Of a stretch of 64,000 nucleotides of DNA, positions 49,361-59,802 are shown piece by piece. The DNA comes from an uncultured virus (IMG/VR IMGVR_UViG_3300034418_003293) (taxonomy: Duplodnaviria; Heunggongvirae; Uroviricota; Caudoviricetes). Both the position numbers and the translations under genes were made by a program. The notes beneath the pieces are model-generated. The model had not been told where the DNA came from. It made no database searches and saw only the letters and a list, made by a program, of their open reading frames with translations. Location of the stretch: IMG/VR virus record IMGVR_UViG_3300034418_003293; one strand, given 5' to 3'. Each line of letters opens with the position of its first letter. The first letter of the stretch is position 1.

Positions 49361-50602
49361 ATGATTAAATTCAAACAACATTTAACAGAATCCAAAGAGG
49401 GTAAAAATGTTCACTTGGAGCATATCGAAGATCTCGTCTTTAATGAAGGGGTTACTGGAACACGTCGAGCTATTCTTTTTCTCCGCAGCGTTCGTGATAT
49501 GCTTAGTGGTTCCTCTTCTAAATCTGTTAACATTACGACTAAGTGGGATGGCGCTCCTGCCATTTTTGCAGGTGTGGATCCAGAAGATGGTAAGTTCTTT
49601 GTAGCGAAAAAAGGTCTATTCAATATCAATCCGCAGATGTTTAAATCTGTTGACGATATCAAGAAAGAAGGAATGTCATCAGCACTAGAAAGTAAGTTCG
49701 TTGCTGCTTTTACAGAATTCTCCAAGTTAGGTATCAAGTCTGGTGTCTATCAAGGCGATTTGATGTTTACCAGTGAAGACCTATCAAAAGAAAAGATTGA
49801 AGGTCAAGACTATCTTACATTCCAACCAAACACTATCGTCTATGCAGTTCCTATGGGTACTCCTCTAGCAAAGACAATTCGTAGAGCAAAGATTGGTATT
49901 GTCTGGCATACTACATATACTGGCAAGACAATCCAGAGTATGAAATCTTCTTTTGGTAAAGGTATTGTCAATAAGATGAAATCTGTGCCTTCAGTGTGGA
50001 TGGACGATGCTACATATAAAGACGTATCTGGTACCGCCACTTTCACAGAGACAGAGACAAAACAACTGACCAGTATTCTATCTCAGGCTGGTAAATTATT
50101 CCAAAAATTACCAGCGGCTGCACTAAACGATATTGCTGGAGAGAATGAGTTTCTAATTCGTCTCAAGGCATTCAACAATTCTAAGGTACGTGTTGGTAAG
50201 TCTATTGTCAGTTCTCGGGCTCATGTAAACGAGTTGGTCAAGTATTTCAGAGAATACTATGAGAAAGAAGCATCAAAGAAAAAGTCACCAAAAGGTCAAC
50301 AAGACCAATTGGAAAAGATGAAAAAGTTGATGATTTATTTTGACAACCACCAGAAAGATCTGTATACTATCTATGATGTCGTAATTCTTCTGACAAAGGC
50401 AAAGGAAATGATTGTCAATAAATTGAATCAAACAAGTTCACTGGCAACATTTTTACGAACATCCACAGGATTTAAAGTGACCAATCAAGAAGGTTATGTA
50501 GCAATTGATCATTTAGAAGGTGGTGCAGTAAAACTTGTAGATCGTATGGAATTTAGTAAAGCAAACTTTTCAGCGGATGTGATAAAAGGATGGCAGAAGT
50601 AA
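49361..50602 (+). CDS. DUF6267-like conserved phage protein (ligase-like KxDG)
   Basis: HLEHIED, TKWDGAPA, YQGD, EGYV, KLVDRMEFS. Confidence 0.65.
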   Translation: MIKFKQHLTESKEGKNVHLEHIEDLVFNEGVTGTRRAILFLRSVRDMLSGSSSKSVNITTKWDGAPAIFAGVDPEDGKFFVAKKGLFNINPQMFKSVDDIKKEGMSSALESKFVAAFTEFSKLGIKSGVYQGDLMFTSEDLSKEKIEGQDYLTFQPNTIVYAVPMGTPLAKTIRRAKIGIVWHTTYTGKTIQSMKSSFGKGIVNKMKSVPSVWMDDATYKDVSGTATFTETETKQLTSILSQAGKLFQKLPAAALNDIAGENEFLIRLKAFNNSKVRVGKSIVSSRAHVNELVKYFREYYEKEASKKKSPKGQQDQLEKMKKLMIYFDNHQKDLYTIYDVVILLTKAKEMIVNKLNQTSSLATFLRTSTGFKVTNQEGYVAIDHLEGGAVKLVDRMEFSKANFSADVIKGWQK

Positions 50603-50674
50603 ACAATAGAGGATACACAGAAAGAGAATGGTTTCGTATTGTAGGTTGGGGTTCAGTACCAGAGGAGTATAAGT

Positions 50675-50986
50675 ATGTACCCAGTTCAGATAACAGAGTC
50701 AGCGAAGACGTATCTGACGAACATGAAAAAGAAACACAATAAAAAGTACATTCATTTATCGGTAGACAGCGGCGGTTGTAGTGGGTTTCAATACAAATGG
50801 GACTTCGCTGATACTGTAAAAGAAGGCGTGTTGATCGATGACATTATTGTACTTGACAATCTGGCTGAGTTTTACGTTATTGGTTCTACTGTAGATTATG
50901 TAACAGAACTCGGTGGTTCTTATCTAAAGGTGGTCAATCCGAATAGTAAAGCCCAGTGTGGTTGCGGAGAAAGTTTCAACGTTTAA
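50675..50986 (+). CDS. IscA/HesB Fe-S cluster assembly protein
   Basis: GGCSGFQY and CGCGESF. Confidence 0.92.
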   Translation: MYPVQITESAKTYLTNMKKKHNKKYIHLSVDSGGCSGFQYKWDFADTVKEGVLIDDIIVLDNLAEFYVIGSTVDYVTELGGSYLKVVNPNSKAQCGCGESFNV

Positions 50987-51034
50987 TTTTTATAAATATG
51001 TTCAGGTAAGTCTAAGGAAAACCCTGGAGATAAA

Positions 51035-54000
51035 ATGAGTAAGACAGTTTTCGCCTTTGGGCGCATGAATCCCCCAACAATCGGACATGAAAAACTTGCT
51101 GATAAAGTTTACAGCGAGGCTAAACGTCGTGGGGCAATGCCACATATATTTCTTAGTCATACACAGAATGCTAAGAAAGATCCTCTTCCATACAATACGA
51201 AAATTGATATTGCCAAGAAGTCGTTTGGCAAAGCCGTCACTAAGTCTTCTGCCAAGACTATCATTCAGGTGATGCAAGAACTAGAGAAAATGGGACACAC
51301 AGAAGTTATTCTGGTTGCTGGTAGTGATCGTGTTCCTGAGTTTAAAGCATTTCTAGCAAAGTATAACGGCAAAGATTATAACTTTGATAAGATTGAAGTT
51401 GTGTCTGCTGGAGAACGAGATCCAGACGCTGAAGGTGTTGCTGGTATGTCTGCTTCTAAACTTCGTGGTATTGCAAAAGCAGGCGATTATGACACATTCA
51501 AACAAGGGATGCCATCTAAACTAAGAGAAACTGATAAGAAGAAAGTTTATGACACTATTAGATCTGTAATGGAGTCTGTTGAAGAAGAATGGGAAGATAT
51601 TTCCGATGAAGAACTGGATGAATTATTTGATGAAATAATGGATGACGATTGGCAAGATGATATTGATTGGTCCGTAGAAGGTCCTATTACATGTGATGAC
51701 GATTTAATGTCAGAGGAAAGAAAACCTTTAACATTACAACAAAGAATGAAAAAACGTTTACAGATGAGACGACTTGCACCTATTATTGCAAGAAAAAGAA
51801 AAATTGCTCTACGTAGAATGGCAAGAAGAGCGCAGTTAGTTAAAAGATCAAGAAAAGCAGCAATCTTATTATTAAAGAAAAGAGTTGCTGGTGAAAAAGG
51901 CAAACAATATAGAACACTATCACCTTCAGAAAAGATTGGTATTGATAGATTAGTAGCAAAGAAACTACCATTAGTTTCTAGAATAGCAAAAAGACTGCTT
52001 CCAAAAATTGTAAAAAAAGAACAAGAAAGATTTCGTAATCTTAACAAAAATGAACAGTTTGATAACTATATCAATGAACTTTATTTCAAAGTAGACGTAG
52101 AAGGTATGCCTACGGTCTATATGGATGCACCTAGTGCCTCTACTATTCGTAGCAAGCTTCGTAAAGTTATTAGAAATCCAGAAGAAAACATTCATGATAT
52201 TGAGAGAGTAGAAAGGGCAGATATTGTAAAAGCGTTCCGTCTAAGAGCGCAAAATCCTGGTGCGCCATTAGAAGTAGATGAAGAAACACTTATAGAACAA
52301 TTAGATGAAACAAGTTCTATTATGTTAAAGAAAGGTGCAGATACTGTAGAAATTCGTCCTGTAACCAATAAACCAAATTACATGACAGTAAAGATAAAAT
52401 CAGGACCAAAAACTGACCAAGTTAAAATGTTAAAAGCACCTGAAGTTAGAGATTATGCAAATAGTCTAGCTAAAAGTGGATGGAAAATTGCTCATGTTGG
52501 AAGGAAACAATTAAAGAAACTATCTGACTTTAAGAAGAAAGAAGTTAAATGGGAAGAAGTCGCCCAAGATCCTGATGTTAAAGACAAAGAAGGAACTCAA
52601 CCTAAGAAATATTATTCTGGTTTGAAAAAGTCTACAAAGGATGCTAGAGATACGCATTTCAAAAAAAGTGCTAAAATGGATGATGATAATCCAGCGGCAT
52701 ATAAGCCAGCTCCCGGCGATGCTGGTGCTGAAACCAAACCATCTAAGTATACTAAGAAGTATAAGCAGATGTTTGCTGAAACAGTCACAACCAACCAGCT
52801 TTCTGATTTAGAAAAATTTGGTGATAGATTGTTAGATAAGTTTGGTGTAGACATTTCATTTTCACGTCACTTCGCTGATAGAATGAACGACGATAGAAAT
52901 AAACCCGAAATAAAAGTGTCTGAAATACAAGGACTATTCAAAAAGATTGCTAAAAAGAAAGCAGTCAATATAAAGAAATATCCTAATGCTGAAGTAGTAT
53001 TAAAAGATATTCAAAAAGATTTGAATTTACCTATTGCTATTAAAGTAGACAAAGATGGTACACTAGATGTAGTTCACAAGACTATTATGAGAAAGAAAAA
53101 TTTCACTACAACAAGCCCCGTGATTAAATACGAATCATATGAACTTGATGAAGGTTTAAACGATCCTGGTATATTCAAAGCAGTATTTTTAGCAGGTGGT
53201 CCTGGTTCTGGTAAATCGTTTATTGTAGGTAGAACTGGTTTAGTAGGGTTAGGTTTCAAATTAGTAAACTCGGATCCAATTTTTGAATTAGGTTTAAAAA
53301 ATGCTGGATTGAATACAACTCCAGAAGATATCTACTCAACAAAAGGACAAACTATACGAGATCGCGCTAAGGCTCTTACTAAAAAACAACAATCTTTATA
53401 TCTAAATGGTAGACTTGGTTTAGTAATTGATGGTACTGGTAAAGATTACCAAAAAATTCAAAAACAAAAAGAACAACTAGAAGCTATGGGTTATGAAACT
53501 GCTATGATTTTTGTCAACACAGATGAAGATACAGCACTTAAAAGAAATCGTGAACGAGATAGAAGTCTTCCTGATGAAGAAGTGACAAAAATGTGGAAGT
53601 CTGTACAGAACAATTTAGGTAAGTTTCAGAATAGTTTTAAATCCAAATTCTTTATTGTAGATAATTCAGAAGGTTCTAATTTTGAAGCCGCTTCTACCTC
53701 TGTTTACAAAAAAATATCTGCATGGATGAAACAAGAACCACGTAATAAATTTGCACAAAACTGGATTAGTCAAGCTAAGTCTGTTAGAGGCATCAATGAA
53801 GAGTTTGTGCAATATATGTATCTTGAAGAGAACTCTTTAGAAGGTCTACAGAAGAAAGCAGAGAAGTCTGGTATCTCTTATAGTATTCTAAAGAAAGTAT
53901 ATGATAGAGGTATGGCGGCGTGGCGTACAGGTCATCGTCCAGGTACTACACCACAACAATGGGCATATGCTCGTGTGAATTCATTTATCACCGGCGGCAA

Positions 54001-55156
54001 GACAAGAACAACTGCTGATGCAGATTTGTGGAAGAATGTTCGTAAAGAAAGTTTAAATGAAATAAAAGTAAGTAACAGATACGAAGAAAACGCTAAATCT
54101 GCTATCAATAATATAGAAATTCAAGTAAAGAATGGACAAGTTTGGAACAAAGATTTTCAAGACGCTAAGAAATATATCAACCAATATATAAGTTCTCTTG
54201 ATAGAGATATTATGGATAAACATTATTTGGATAATCCTAATAAAAAGCAGATTGAATCAGAAGTGAGTGATGTATACTATCACTCACCAGCTATGCATAC
54301 TGTAAAAACTACTACTAAAGAATATTCTCATTTTAAGAAAATTGTACCCGCCTCATCACGTGATGTAGACTATCTTTTAAAGTTTCAAAAAAGAGCAAAC
54401 ACCTTGATGACAAAAGCAATAAAAATGATCGTAAAAGGTAGAAAACCATCTGAGACTCCTTCTAACGTTAAATTGAGAACGATTGAAAATACAGGTACGT
54501 GCGGTATCTGTGGAAATAATGTAAAAATGACAAGAGCGGGGCGTTTAGTTGATCATGGGTTTAATCTTAAATATAAATTTCGTTCAGGTAATTGCTTTGG
54601 TACTGGATATCCTCCGATAGAGGTGTCAAATGAAGCACCAAAAAAATATATTAATGTGTTAAATAATGCTGTCAAGAGTAAAGATGATAAGATAAAAAAA
54701 TTAGATAAAAATGATAAGAATTATCGGAAAGAGAAAATAAATCTTAAATCAGAAAAGAAATATCTTACTAAACAAATAGAAATATATAATGATATCGTTG
54801 ATAATTGGAAAATAGGGAACTTACCTGGAGAACTAAAGAAAGTAAATGAAGGTGCTATTTCTGATATGACAAAAGAGCGTCATAAAAGAGAAAAAGAATC
54901 TTTAAAAACTAAACATGACCGTGAAATGGATGCAGCAAGACTTAGAGATGCCCGTACAAAGAATAGAATGACAAGTAGAAATGAAGAGTTTGAAAACTTA
55001 TTTAAAAAAGACTTAAATGAATCTTTTGAGATGGCTGTATCTTCTGGTATTGGTGTTACCTATTTCGCTAAAGATCTAGGTATTAAGACTCAAGCAGGAT
55101 TTGCTTTGCATCCTTCAGTTTTAGTAGATGAGGAGGAGGAAGATGGTGAAGTTTAA
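51035..55156 (+). CDS. multidomain protein: cytidylyltransferase-like N-terminus, P-loop kinase-like domain and further modules
   Basis: FGRMNPPTIGH (HIGH-like), AGSDRV, SASK; GGPGSGKS...LVIDGTG; YDRGMAAW...QQWAYARVNSF module; CGIC...H...C. Confidence 0.8.
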   Translation: MSKTVFAFGRMNPPTIGHEKLADKVYSEAKRRGAMPHIFLSHTQNAKKDPLPYNTKIDIAKKSFGKAVTKSSAKTIIQVMQELEKMGHTEVILVAGSDRVPEFKAFLAKYNGKDYNFDKIEVVSAGERDPDAEGVAGMSASKLRGIAKAGDYDTFKQGMPSKLRETDKKKVYDTIRSVMESVEEEWEDISDEELDELFDEIMDDDWQDDIDWSVEGPITCDDDLMSEERKPLTLQQRMKKRLQMRRLAPIIARKRKIALRRMARRAQLVKRSRKAAILLLKKRVAGEKGKQYRTLSPSEKIGIDRLVAKKLPLVSRIAKRLLPKIVKKEQERFRNLNKNEQFDNYINELYFKVDVEGMPTVYMDAPSASTIRSKLRKVIRNPEENIHDIERVERADIVKAFRLRAQNPGAPLEVDEETLIEQLDETSSIMLKKGADTVEIRPVTNKPNYMTVKIKSGPKTDQVKMLKAPEVRDYANSLAKSGWKIAHVGRKQLKKLSDFKKKEVKWEEVAQDPDVKDKEGTQPKKYYSGLKKSTKDARDTHFKKSAKMDDDNPAAYKPAPGDAGAETKPSKYTKKYKQMFAETVTTNQLSDLEKFGDRLLDKFGVDISFSRHFADRMNDDRNKPEIKVSEIQGLFKKIAKKKAVNIKKYPNAEVVLKDIQKDLNLPIAIKVDKDGTLDVVHKTIMRKKNFTTTSPVIKYESYELDEGLNDPGIFKAVFLAGGPGSGKSFIVGRTGLVGLGFKLVNSDPIFELGLKNAGLNTTPEDIYSTKGQTIRDRAKALTKKQQSLYLNGRLGLVIDGTGKDYQKIQKQKEQLEAMGYETAMIFVNTDEDTALKRNRERDRSLPDEEVTKMWKSVQNNLGKFQNSFKSKFFIVDNSEGSNFEAASTSVYKKISAWMKQEPRNKFAQNWISQAKSVRGINEEFVQYMYLEENSLEGLQKKAEKSGISYSILKKVYDRGMAAWRTGHRPGTTPQQWAYARVNSFITGGKTRTTADADLWKNVRKESLNEIKVSNRYEENAKSAINNIEIQVKNGQVWNKDFQDAKKYINQYISSLDRDIMDKHYLDNPNKKQIESEVSDVYYHSPAMHTVKTTTKEYSHFKKIVPASSRDVDYLLKFQKRANTLMTKAIKMIVKGRKPSETPSNVKLRTIENTGTCGICGNNVKMTRAGRLVDHGFNLKYKFRSGNCFGTGYPPIEVSNEAPKKYINVLNNAVKSKDDKIKKLDKNDKNYRKEKINLKSEKKYLTKQIEIYNDIVDNWKIGNLPGELKKVNEGAISDMTKERHKREKESLKTKHDREMDAARLRDARTKNRMTSRNEEFENLFKKDLNESFEMAVSSGIGVTYFAKDLGIKTQAGFALHPSVLVDEEEEDGEV

Positions 55157-55676
55157 GAATCATTTAATTTCAGAATCTATTAAGTATCATATTGCAAAAG
55201 ATATTCCTTTTGCCGAATCTATTTTTAGATATGGTTCAGAAAAATACTTTGAAGTAATTAATGAAGTTCGTAGAAGATATGAAGAAGAGGGTCTAGAACT
55301 TACACCTCTTGACGAAGATTTTCTTAATAGTGATATTGGAAATTTTGCTGAAGTAGATGGTGTTGATGTTCCTCTAGACTTTCCTATGATAGATGAAGAA
55401 GAGACACCAGAATTAAACAAACCAAAAAGAGGTGGACCTAAGAAGTATTATGTTTATGTGAGAGATCCATCAACTAAGAATATTAAGAAAGTGACTTGGG
55501 GAGATACGACAGGGCTAAAGGTAAAACTCAATGATCCTGGAGCACGAAAGTCATTTGCAGCAAGACATAGATGTCATATGCAAAATGATAAAACAACAGC
55601 GGCGTATTGGGCTTGTCGTCTTCCTTATTATGCAAAGAGCCTTGGGTTAAGTGGCGGAGGATCCTTCTTTTGGTAA
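55143..55676 (+). CDS. hypothetical protein
   Basis: LNKPKRGGPKKYYVYV...ARKSFAARHRC...YWAC. Confidence 0.65.
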   Translation: MVKFKNHLISESIKYHIAKDIPFAESIFRYGSEKYFEVINEVRRRYEEEGLELTPLDEDFLNSDIGNFAEVDGVDVPLDFPMIDEEETPELNKPKRGGPKKYYVYVRDPSTKNIKKVTWGDTTGLKVKLNDPGARKSFAARHRCHMQNDKTTAAYWACRLPYYAKSLGLSGGGSFFW

Positions 55677-55951
55677 TATATACTGATAATGGTGATATTA
55701 GAACATTTGATAATCCAAATGAAGAAGATTTAGTTTGGCATAGAGATAAAGAAAATAGACACATAGATGTATTAGAAGGTGAAGGTTGGTCATTACAATA
55801 TGAAGATGAGTTACCAACTGAAATGCATGTAGGTGATGAATTTTATATACCAGAAATGGTATTTCACAGATTGATAAAAGGTTCAACAAAACTAGTATTA
55901 AGGTTAGAAAAATATGAAAAGTCTGGAAAACACTATAAGAAGTCTGTTTAG
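55670..55951 (+). CDS. small cupin-like protein
   Basis: WHRD...IPEMVFHRLIKG; start uncertain (TTG assumed). Confidence 0.5.
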   Translation: MVIYTDNGDIRTFDNPNEEDLVWHRDKENRHIDVLEGEGWSLQYEDELPTEMHVGDEFYIPEMVFHRLIKGSTKLVLRLEKYEKSGKHYKKSV

Positions 55952-56192
55952 GGATGGGCCCAGTTATCTACAAGAAGACGGACATACTGATGTTGTTAGT
56001 ATGATTACTAAACTACAGTCTCTCGCTGAAGATGCTCAACAACTACAAGAAGTACTACAGGCTATGGACAAAGAGAGTTCACTACCAACTTGGTTAACAA
56101 ACAAAATTGCAGTAGCAGGAGACCATCTAAACTCTGCTAGAGACTATCTAGTCAATCAGAGTGAGGATAATATAAATAATAGAAAAACATAG
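55914..56192 (+). CDS. hypothetical protein
   Basis: EDGHTDV...LPTWLTNKIA..DHLNSARDYL. Confidence 0.55.
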   Translation: MKSLENTIRSLFRDGPSYLQEDGHTDVVSMITKLQSLAEDAQQLQEVLQAMDKESSLPTWLTNKIAVAGDHLNSARDYLVNQSEDNINNRKT

Positions 56193-56203
56193 AGGAAATA
56201 AAA

Positions 56204-56497
56204 ATGTCTTACATTCTAACTCCCACAGGTCGTCGTTTTCTTCGTGAAGAAACCATAGAAGAGAAAAAAGACGGCGAAGATGTTAAAGATACCATGCATG
56301 ATTGTGCTACTCATGTAGTACATGAAGAATATGGCGAGGGTATTACTATCACTGAACAACATGCGGATCCAGATGAGAATGGTCAAATTGAGTGGTATAC
56401 AGTTGCTTTTCGCAATGGTCTAACAGAGAAGGTTTCTACTAAAGACATTGAAATCACCAAATCCGAATCCCACATGCATAGTAAAAAGAAGAAATAA
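56204..56497 (+). CDS. hypothetical protein
   Basis: Late promoter at 56171 and RBS; HDCATHVVHEEYGEG. Confidence 0.6.
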   Translation: MSYILTPTGRRFLREETIEEKKDGEDVKDTMHDCATHVVHEEYGEGITITEQHADPDENGQIEWYTVAFRNGLTEKVSTKDIEITKSESHMHSKKKK

Positions 56498-56498
56498 A

Positions 56499-58244
56499 AT
56501 GTTCCCTAAGAATCTCTTTAATAGCCCCGATGATCTTGTTAAAGTCGTCACAGAAATTATGACGGGTAAAAGCAAGAAAGAAGCGTTAGATCCTGTAGAT
56601 GCGAAGGCATTAAAGGGTTCTCATGCTGATCGTAAAGACAAAGACATTGATAACGATGGTGATGTAGATAGTTCAGATGAGTATCTACACAATCGTCGTA
56701 AAGCCGTAAAGAAGGCAATGAAAGAAGCCACCAAGGTCAAAGAGAACGATGATAATGACGATGATGATATGGAAGATGACGAAGATGAAATGACCGATGC
56801 TCAAAAGAACGATATGGATGGCGACGGTAAGAACGACAAAAAGAAAAAGAAAAAGAAAGATGATGAGTTAAGTGATAAACCTGACAAGATCGACACTAAA
56901 CCATCAATGGACGATGCTCGTACAATGATGGCAAAAGAAGAAGTTGAACTTGATGAAGAAACTGTGTACGTAAAAAGACGTTATAAGTCTTTGGGAGCAA
57001 ACCAAGCTGCAAACGATGTAGGGTTTGCTAAAAAAATAAGTAATGCTGCGTCTAAACTAGGGCTTTCTGTCAAAATGAATGATAAGAATTTTGTTATAAG
57101 TGGTGATCCAGAAAAACTAGCTACTTTGAAAAAAACAGTCAAAGGTGTTACTTTTTCTATGAAAGAAGATGTAGGTCTTGATGAAGGTAAGTCTGGTACT
57201 GGTTATGATCTATATCATAAAGATTTTTCTTCTGCTATGAAACACGCATATGATTTTGCAAAAAGAAAGTATGGTATTACAATCAGTAATGATGAAATTG
57301 ACGATAAGGTTGCAACCGGACCTAGAAAACCTTCAGAGGGTAAAACAAACAGTTATCGTTTAAAAGGTGACAAGGGCGCTATCCAAGTTCAAGTATACAA
57401 CAAGGGTGGTTCAAAACCATTTGAGTTGAACATGTATAAAGAAGGAGTTGAACTTGATGAAGTAACAACACAAAAACTTTTTATGTTCAACAATAAGAAA
57501 GATGCTGATCGAAAGGCAAAAGAGATCGGTGGTGTTGTTAGAGTCTTTGGACCTAAAAACTTCGCTGTTATGACAAAAGATCTAACTGTTGTTAGGGAAG
57601 AAGTTGAACTTGATGAAGAACCAAAAACACTTAAACTCGCTCAAGATTCAGCAGTAAGAAATGCAGTTTCTAAAATTCATTCTTTGATGAAAGTTAGAAA
57701 AATTAGTCCTTCTCAAGCATACGCGGAATGGGAAAAGGGTACAACTTTTGGTCTTAAATTGAAAGCGCAAGTCAGAGATTCATTGTCATCGCTTCATGAA
57801 ATGTCTGATGTTCAGATGAAGAAGCGTGAAGAAATTGTTAAAGGTATGAAGAAAAACAGTGGTGATCTGAAAAAACGTTATGGCAATCGTTGGAAAGATG
57901 TTATGTATGCAACTGCTACAAAACAAGCGATGAAAGAAGAAGTAGAAATTGATGAAGCTCGTGGACGGCCAAAGAAAGAAGATGATGTATCCTCTGATTC
58001 TAACTTTGTTATGCAAATGAGGAAAGCAATTTCTCTAAATGGTAATAAAGTAAACTTCTTAGACGGTTCGTCATCACAAGTTTCTAGTAGAGATGCACAA
58101 CAATTTATGATAACATATAATAAACAAAAATCTTCTATCGATAAAGGTAGATTAATGAGAAGCGCCCATAAAAGCTTGAAACATTTTAAAATGGCTCTAC
58201 AAGGTAAAATTGAAAAGCCAAAAAATCCATTAGACTTAGATTGA
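56499..58244 (+). CDS. putative capsid-internal modular protein
   Basis: Modules separated by EEVELDE-type motifs; DxDxDG motif (DIDNDGDVD). Confidence 0.6.
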   Translation: MFPKNLFNSPDDLVKVVTEIMTGKSKKEALDPVDAKALKGSHADRKDKDIDNDGDVDSSDEYLHNRRKAVKKAMKEATKVKENDDNDDDDMEDDEDEMTDAQKNDMDGDGKNDKKKKKKKDDELSDKPDKIDTKPSMDDARTMMAKEEVELDEETVYVKRRYKSLGANQAANDVGFAKKISNAASKLGLSVKMNDKNFVISGDPEKLATLKKTVKGVTFSMKEDVGLDEGKSGTGYDLYHKDFSSAMKHAYDFAKRKYGITISNDEIDDKVATGPRKPSEGKTNSYRLKGDKGAIQVQVYNKGGSKPFELNMYKEGVELDEVTTQKLFMFNNKKDADRKAKEIGGVVRVFGPKNFAVMTKDLTVVREEVELDEEPKTLKLAQDSAVRNAVSKIHSLMKVRKISPSQAYAEWEKGTTFGLKLKAQVRDSLSSLHEMSDVQMKKREEIVKGMKKNSGDLKKRYGNRWKDVMYATATKQAMKEEVEIDEARGRPKKEDDVSSDSNFVMQMRKAISLNGNKVNFLDGSSSQVSSRDAQQFMITYNKQKSSIDKGRLMRSAHKSLKHFKMALQGKIEKPKNPLDLD

Positions 58245-58254
58245 GGAGAAAGTA

Positions 58255-58575
58255 ATGTCAGAAAGTGAATTGAAAAAAATGTCAAAAAAAGAGTTAGAAG
58301 ATCGTGGGAGAGCTCTTGGTATTGAATTAGATAGACGCGAATCAAAGTGGAAACTAGTACAAAAGGTTTTAGAAGCAGAAGCGAATGTATATTTTGCTGA
58401 AACTGAAGAAGAAGTTGTAGAAGAAATTTCAGTTGTTCAACCAGAAACTGTATCAACTAACTCAGAGTATGTTCTAGAAAAGAATGGTTCATTCTGGACT
58501 GTTCAATATAATGGTAGAGAAGTAAAGAAATCATCAAGTTTAGAAGTATGTCAGAGATTTATTGCTTCTAGATAA
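58255..58575 (+). CDS. hypothetical protein (Rho-N/HeH-like N-terminus)
   Basis: LKKMSKKELEDRGRALGIELDRRESKWKLV. Confidence 0.5.
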   Translation: MSESELKKMSKKELEDRGRALGIELDRRESKWKLVQKVLEAEANVYFAETEEEVVEEISVVQPETVSTNSEYVLEKNGSFWTVQYNGREVKKSSSLEVCQRFIASR

Positions 58576-58632
58576 TTTATATTATGCCGAGTAGGATAAT
58601 TGATTAAAATCCGAAAAGAGAAAGGAAAATAA

Positions 58633-59337
58633 ATGTCAAGTTGGGATTTTAGAAGAGAAAGTACAGCCGTTGCATCAGGCGCTAATACTGTAGCTGGTAT
58701 TGTTGCTGGTTATCAACCATTCCCAGAAGCCGATAATTTGGCTTCTAAGAGAAATGTTATTGCAACTAGAGTAGGTTGGGTTCGTCGTCAAAATAAAACT
58801 GATATGCATGGTAGTACCCGCACTATCGATGAAGTTTTAGTCGCGGCTGCTCCAGGTTCAGGATTTTTCTACACATCCAATACACATCTAGGTAAAGCAG
58901 ATATCGCACAAGTGTATGTAAAGTTAAACGCTAATGGCGTTATTTCTGCTAACGTGTCTGCAAACCTTTATGTTGTATTCAACGGACCAATTAAGTTTAA
59001 GAATAGTGGTAACGCATTATCAATCAATCTTTCTAACACCGCCGGTGGTAATAATGGTGTTGCTAGATTTACCGCACAAACAGCATCTAATCTAATTGGT
59101 GCTAATAATACACTGGTATTTACAATGCCTGCTCTACAAGGTGGATCTGGTTCTGCTAAGGCTACATATCATGTTAATGCACAAGCGATATCTGTAACTG
59201 GTATGCCACTGTACAACCCAGAAGAAGGTATTGTTTATGCTGCTAACGTTACAATTACTGGCGCTGTCGCTAATAACCTTACTAATGGTGCCGGCACTCG
59301 CGTTACTAACTTCCAGGTTAGCCCAAAAGGCGTATAA
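58633..59337 (+). CDS. putative virion structural protein
   Basis: Ala/Gly/Asn/Thr-rich beta-type composition; GWVRR...EVLVA. Confidence 0.55.
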   Translation: MSSWDFRRESTAVASGANTVAGIVAGYQPFPEADNLASKRNVIATRVGWVRRQNKTDMHGSTRTIDEVLVAAAPGSGFFYTSNTHLGKADIAQVYVKLNANGVISANVSANLYVVFNGPIKFKNSGNALSINLSNTAGGNNGVARFTAQTASNLIGANNTLVFTMPALQGGSGSAKATYHVNAQAISVTGMPLYNPEEGIVYAANVTITGAVANNLTNGAGTRVTNFQVSPKGV

Positions 59338-59348
59338 GGATATAACTA

Positions 59349-59792
59349 ATGGCAGATAAGAAGGTATCACAGCTTACAGCTTTGACAAGTCCCAATGATG
59401 AAGACCTTCTTCTTATTGTGGACGATCCTAATGGAACGCCTGTAAGCAAGTCGATTACCGTAAAGACTCTCCTAGGCGCGTTACCGTCAAATACTTCTAT
59501 CACAGGAAGTTTGACGGTATCCGCTAATGGGTCATTTACTGGTAGTAATGTTAATTTCACATCAAACGTTGTAGTGACTGGTACAACTACAATGTCTCAG
59601 ATTGTTGGTGCTACTAATCGTATCACAATCAAGACAAGTAAAACACCAGGAACAAATAACTCAACAACCGAGTTTGGATCTCCTACCACTGATAGACCCC
59701 ATGATGGTTCTATCTTCTGGGATTCAAACTATCTCTATTTGTGTACATCAAATACGGTGATTAAAAGGGTAGCTTTATCAGTGTTCTCATAA
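59349..59792 (+). CDS. putative virion structural/fibre protein
   Basis: MADKKVSQLTALT N-terminus; GSIFWDSNYLYLC..NT..RVALS C-terminus. Confidence 0.6.
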   Translation: MADKKVSQLTALTSPNDEDLLLIVDDPNGTPVSKSITVKTLLGALPSNTSITGSLTVSANGSFTGSNVNFTSNVVVTGTTTMSQIVGATNRITIKTSKTPGTNNSTTEFGSPTTDRPHDGSIFWDSNYLYLCTSNTVIKRVALSVFS

Positions 59793-59802
59793 GGAGAAAT
59801 AA

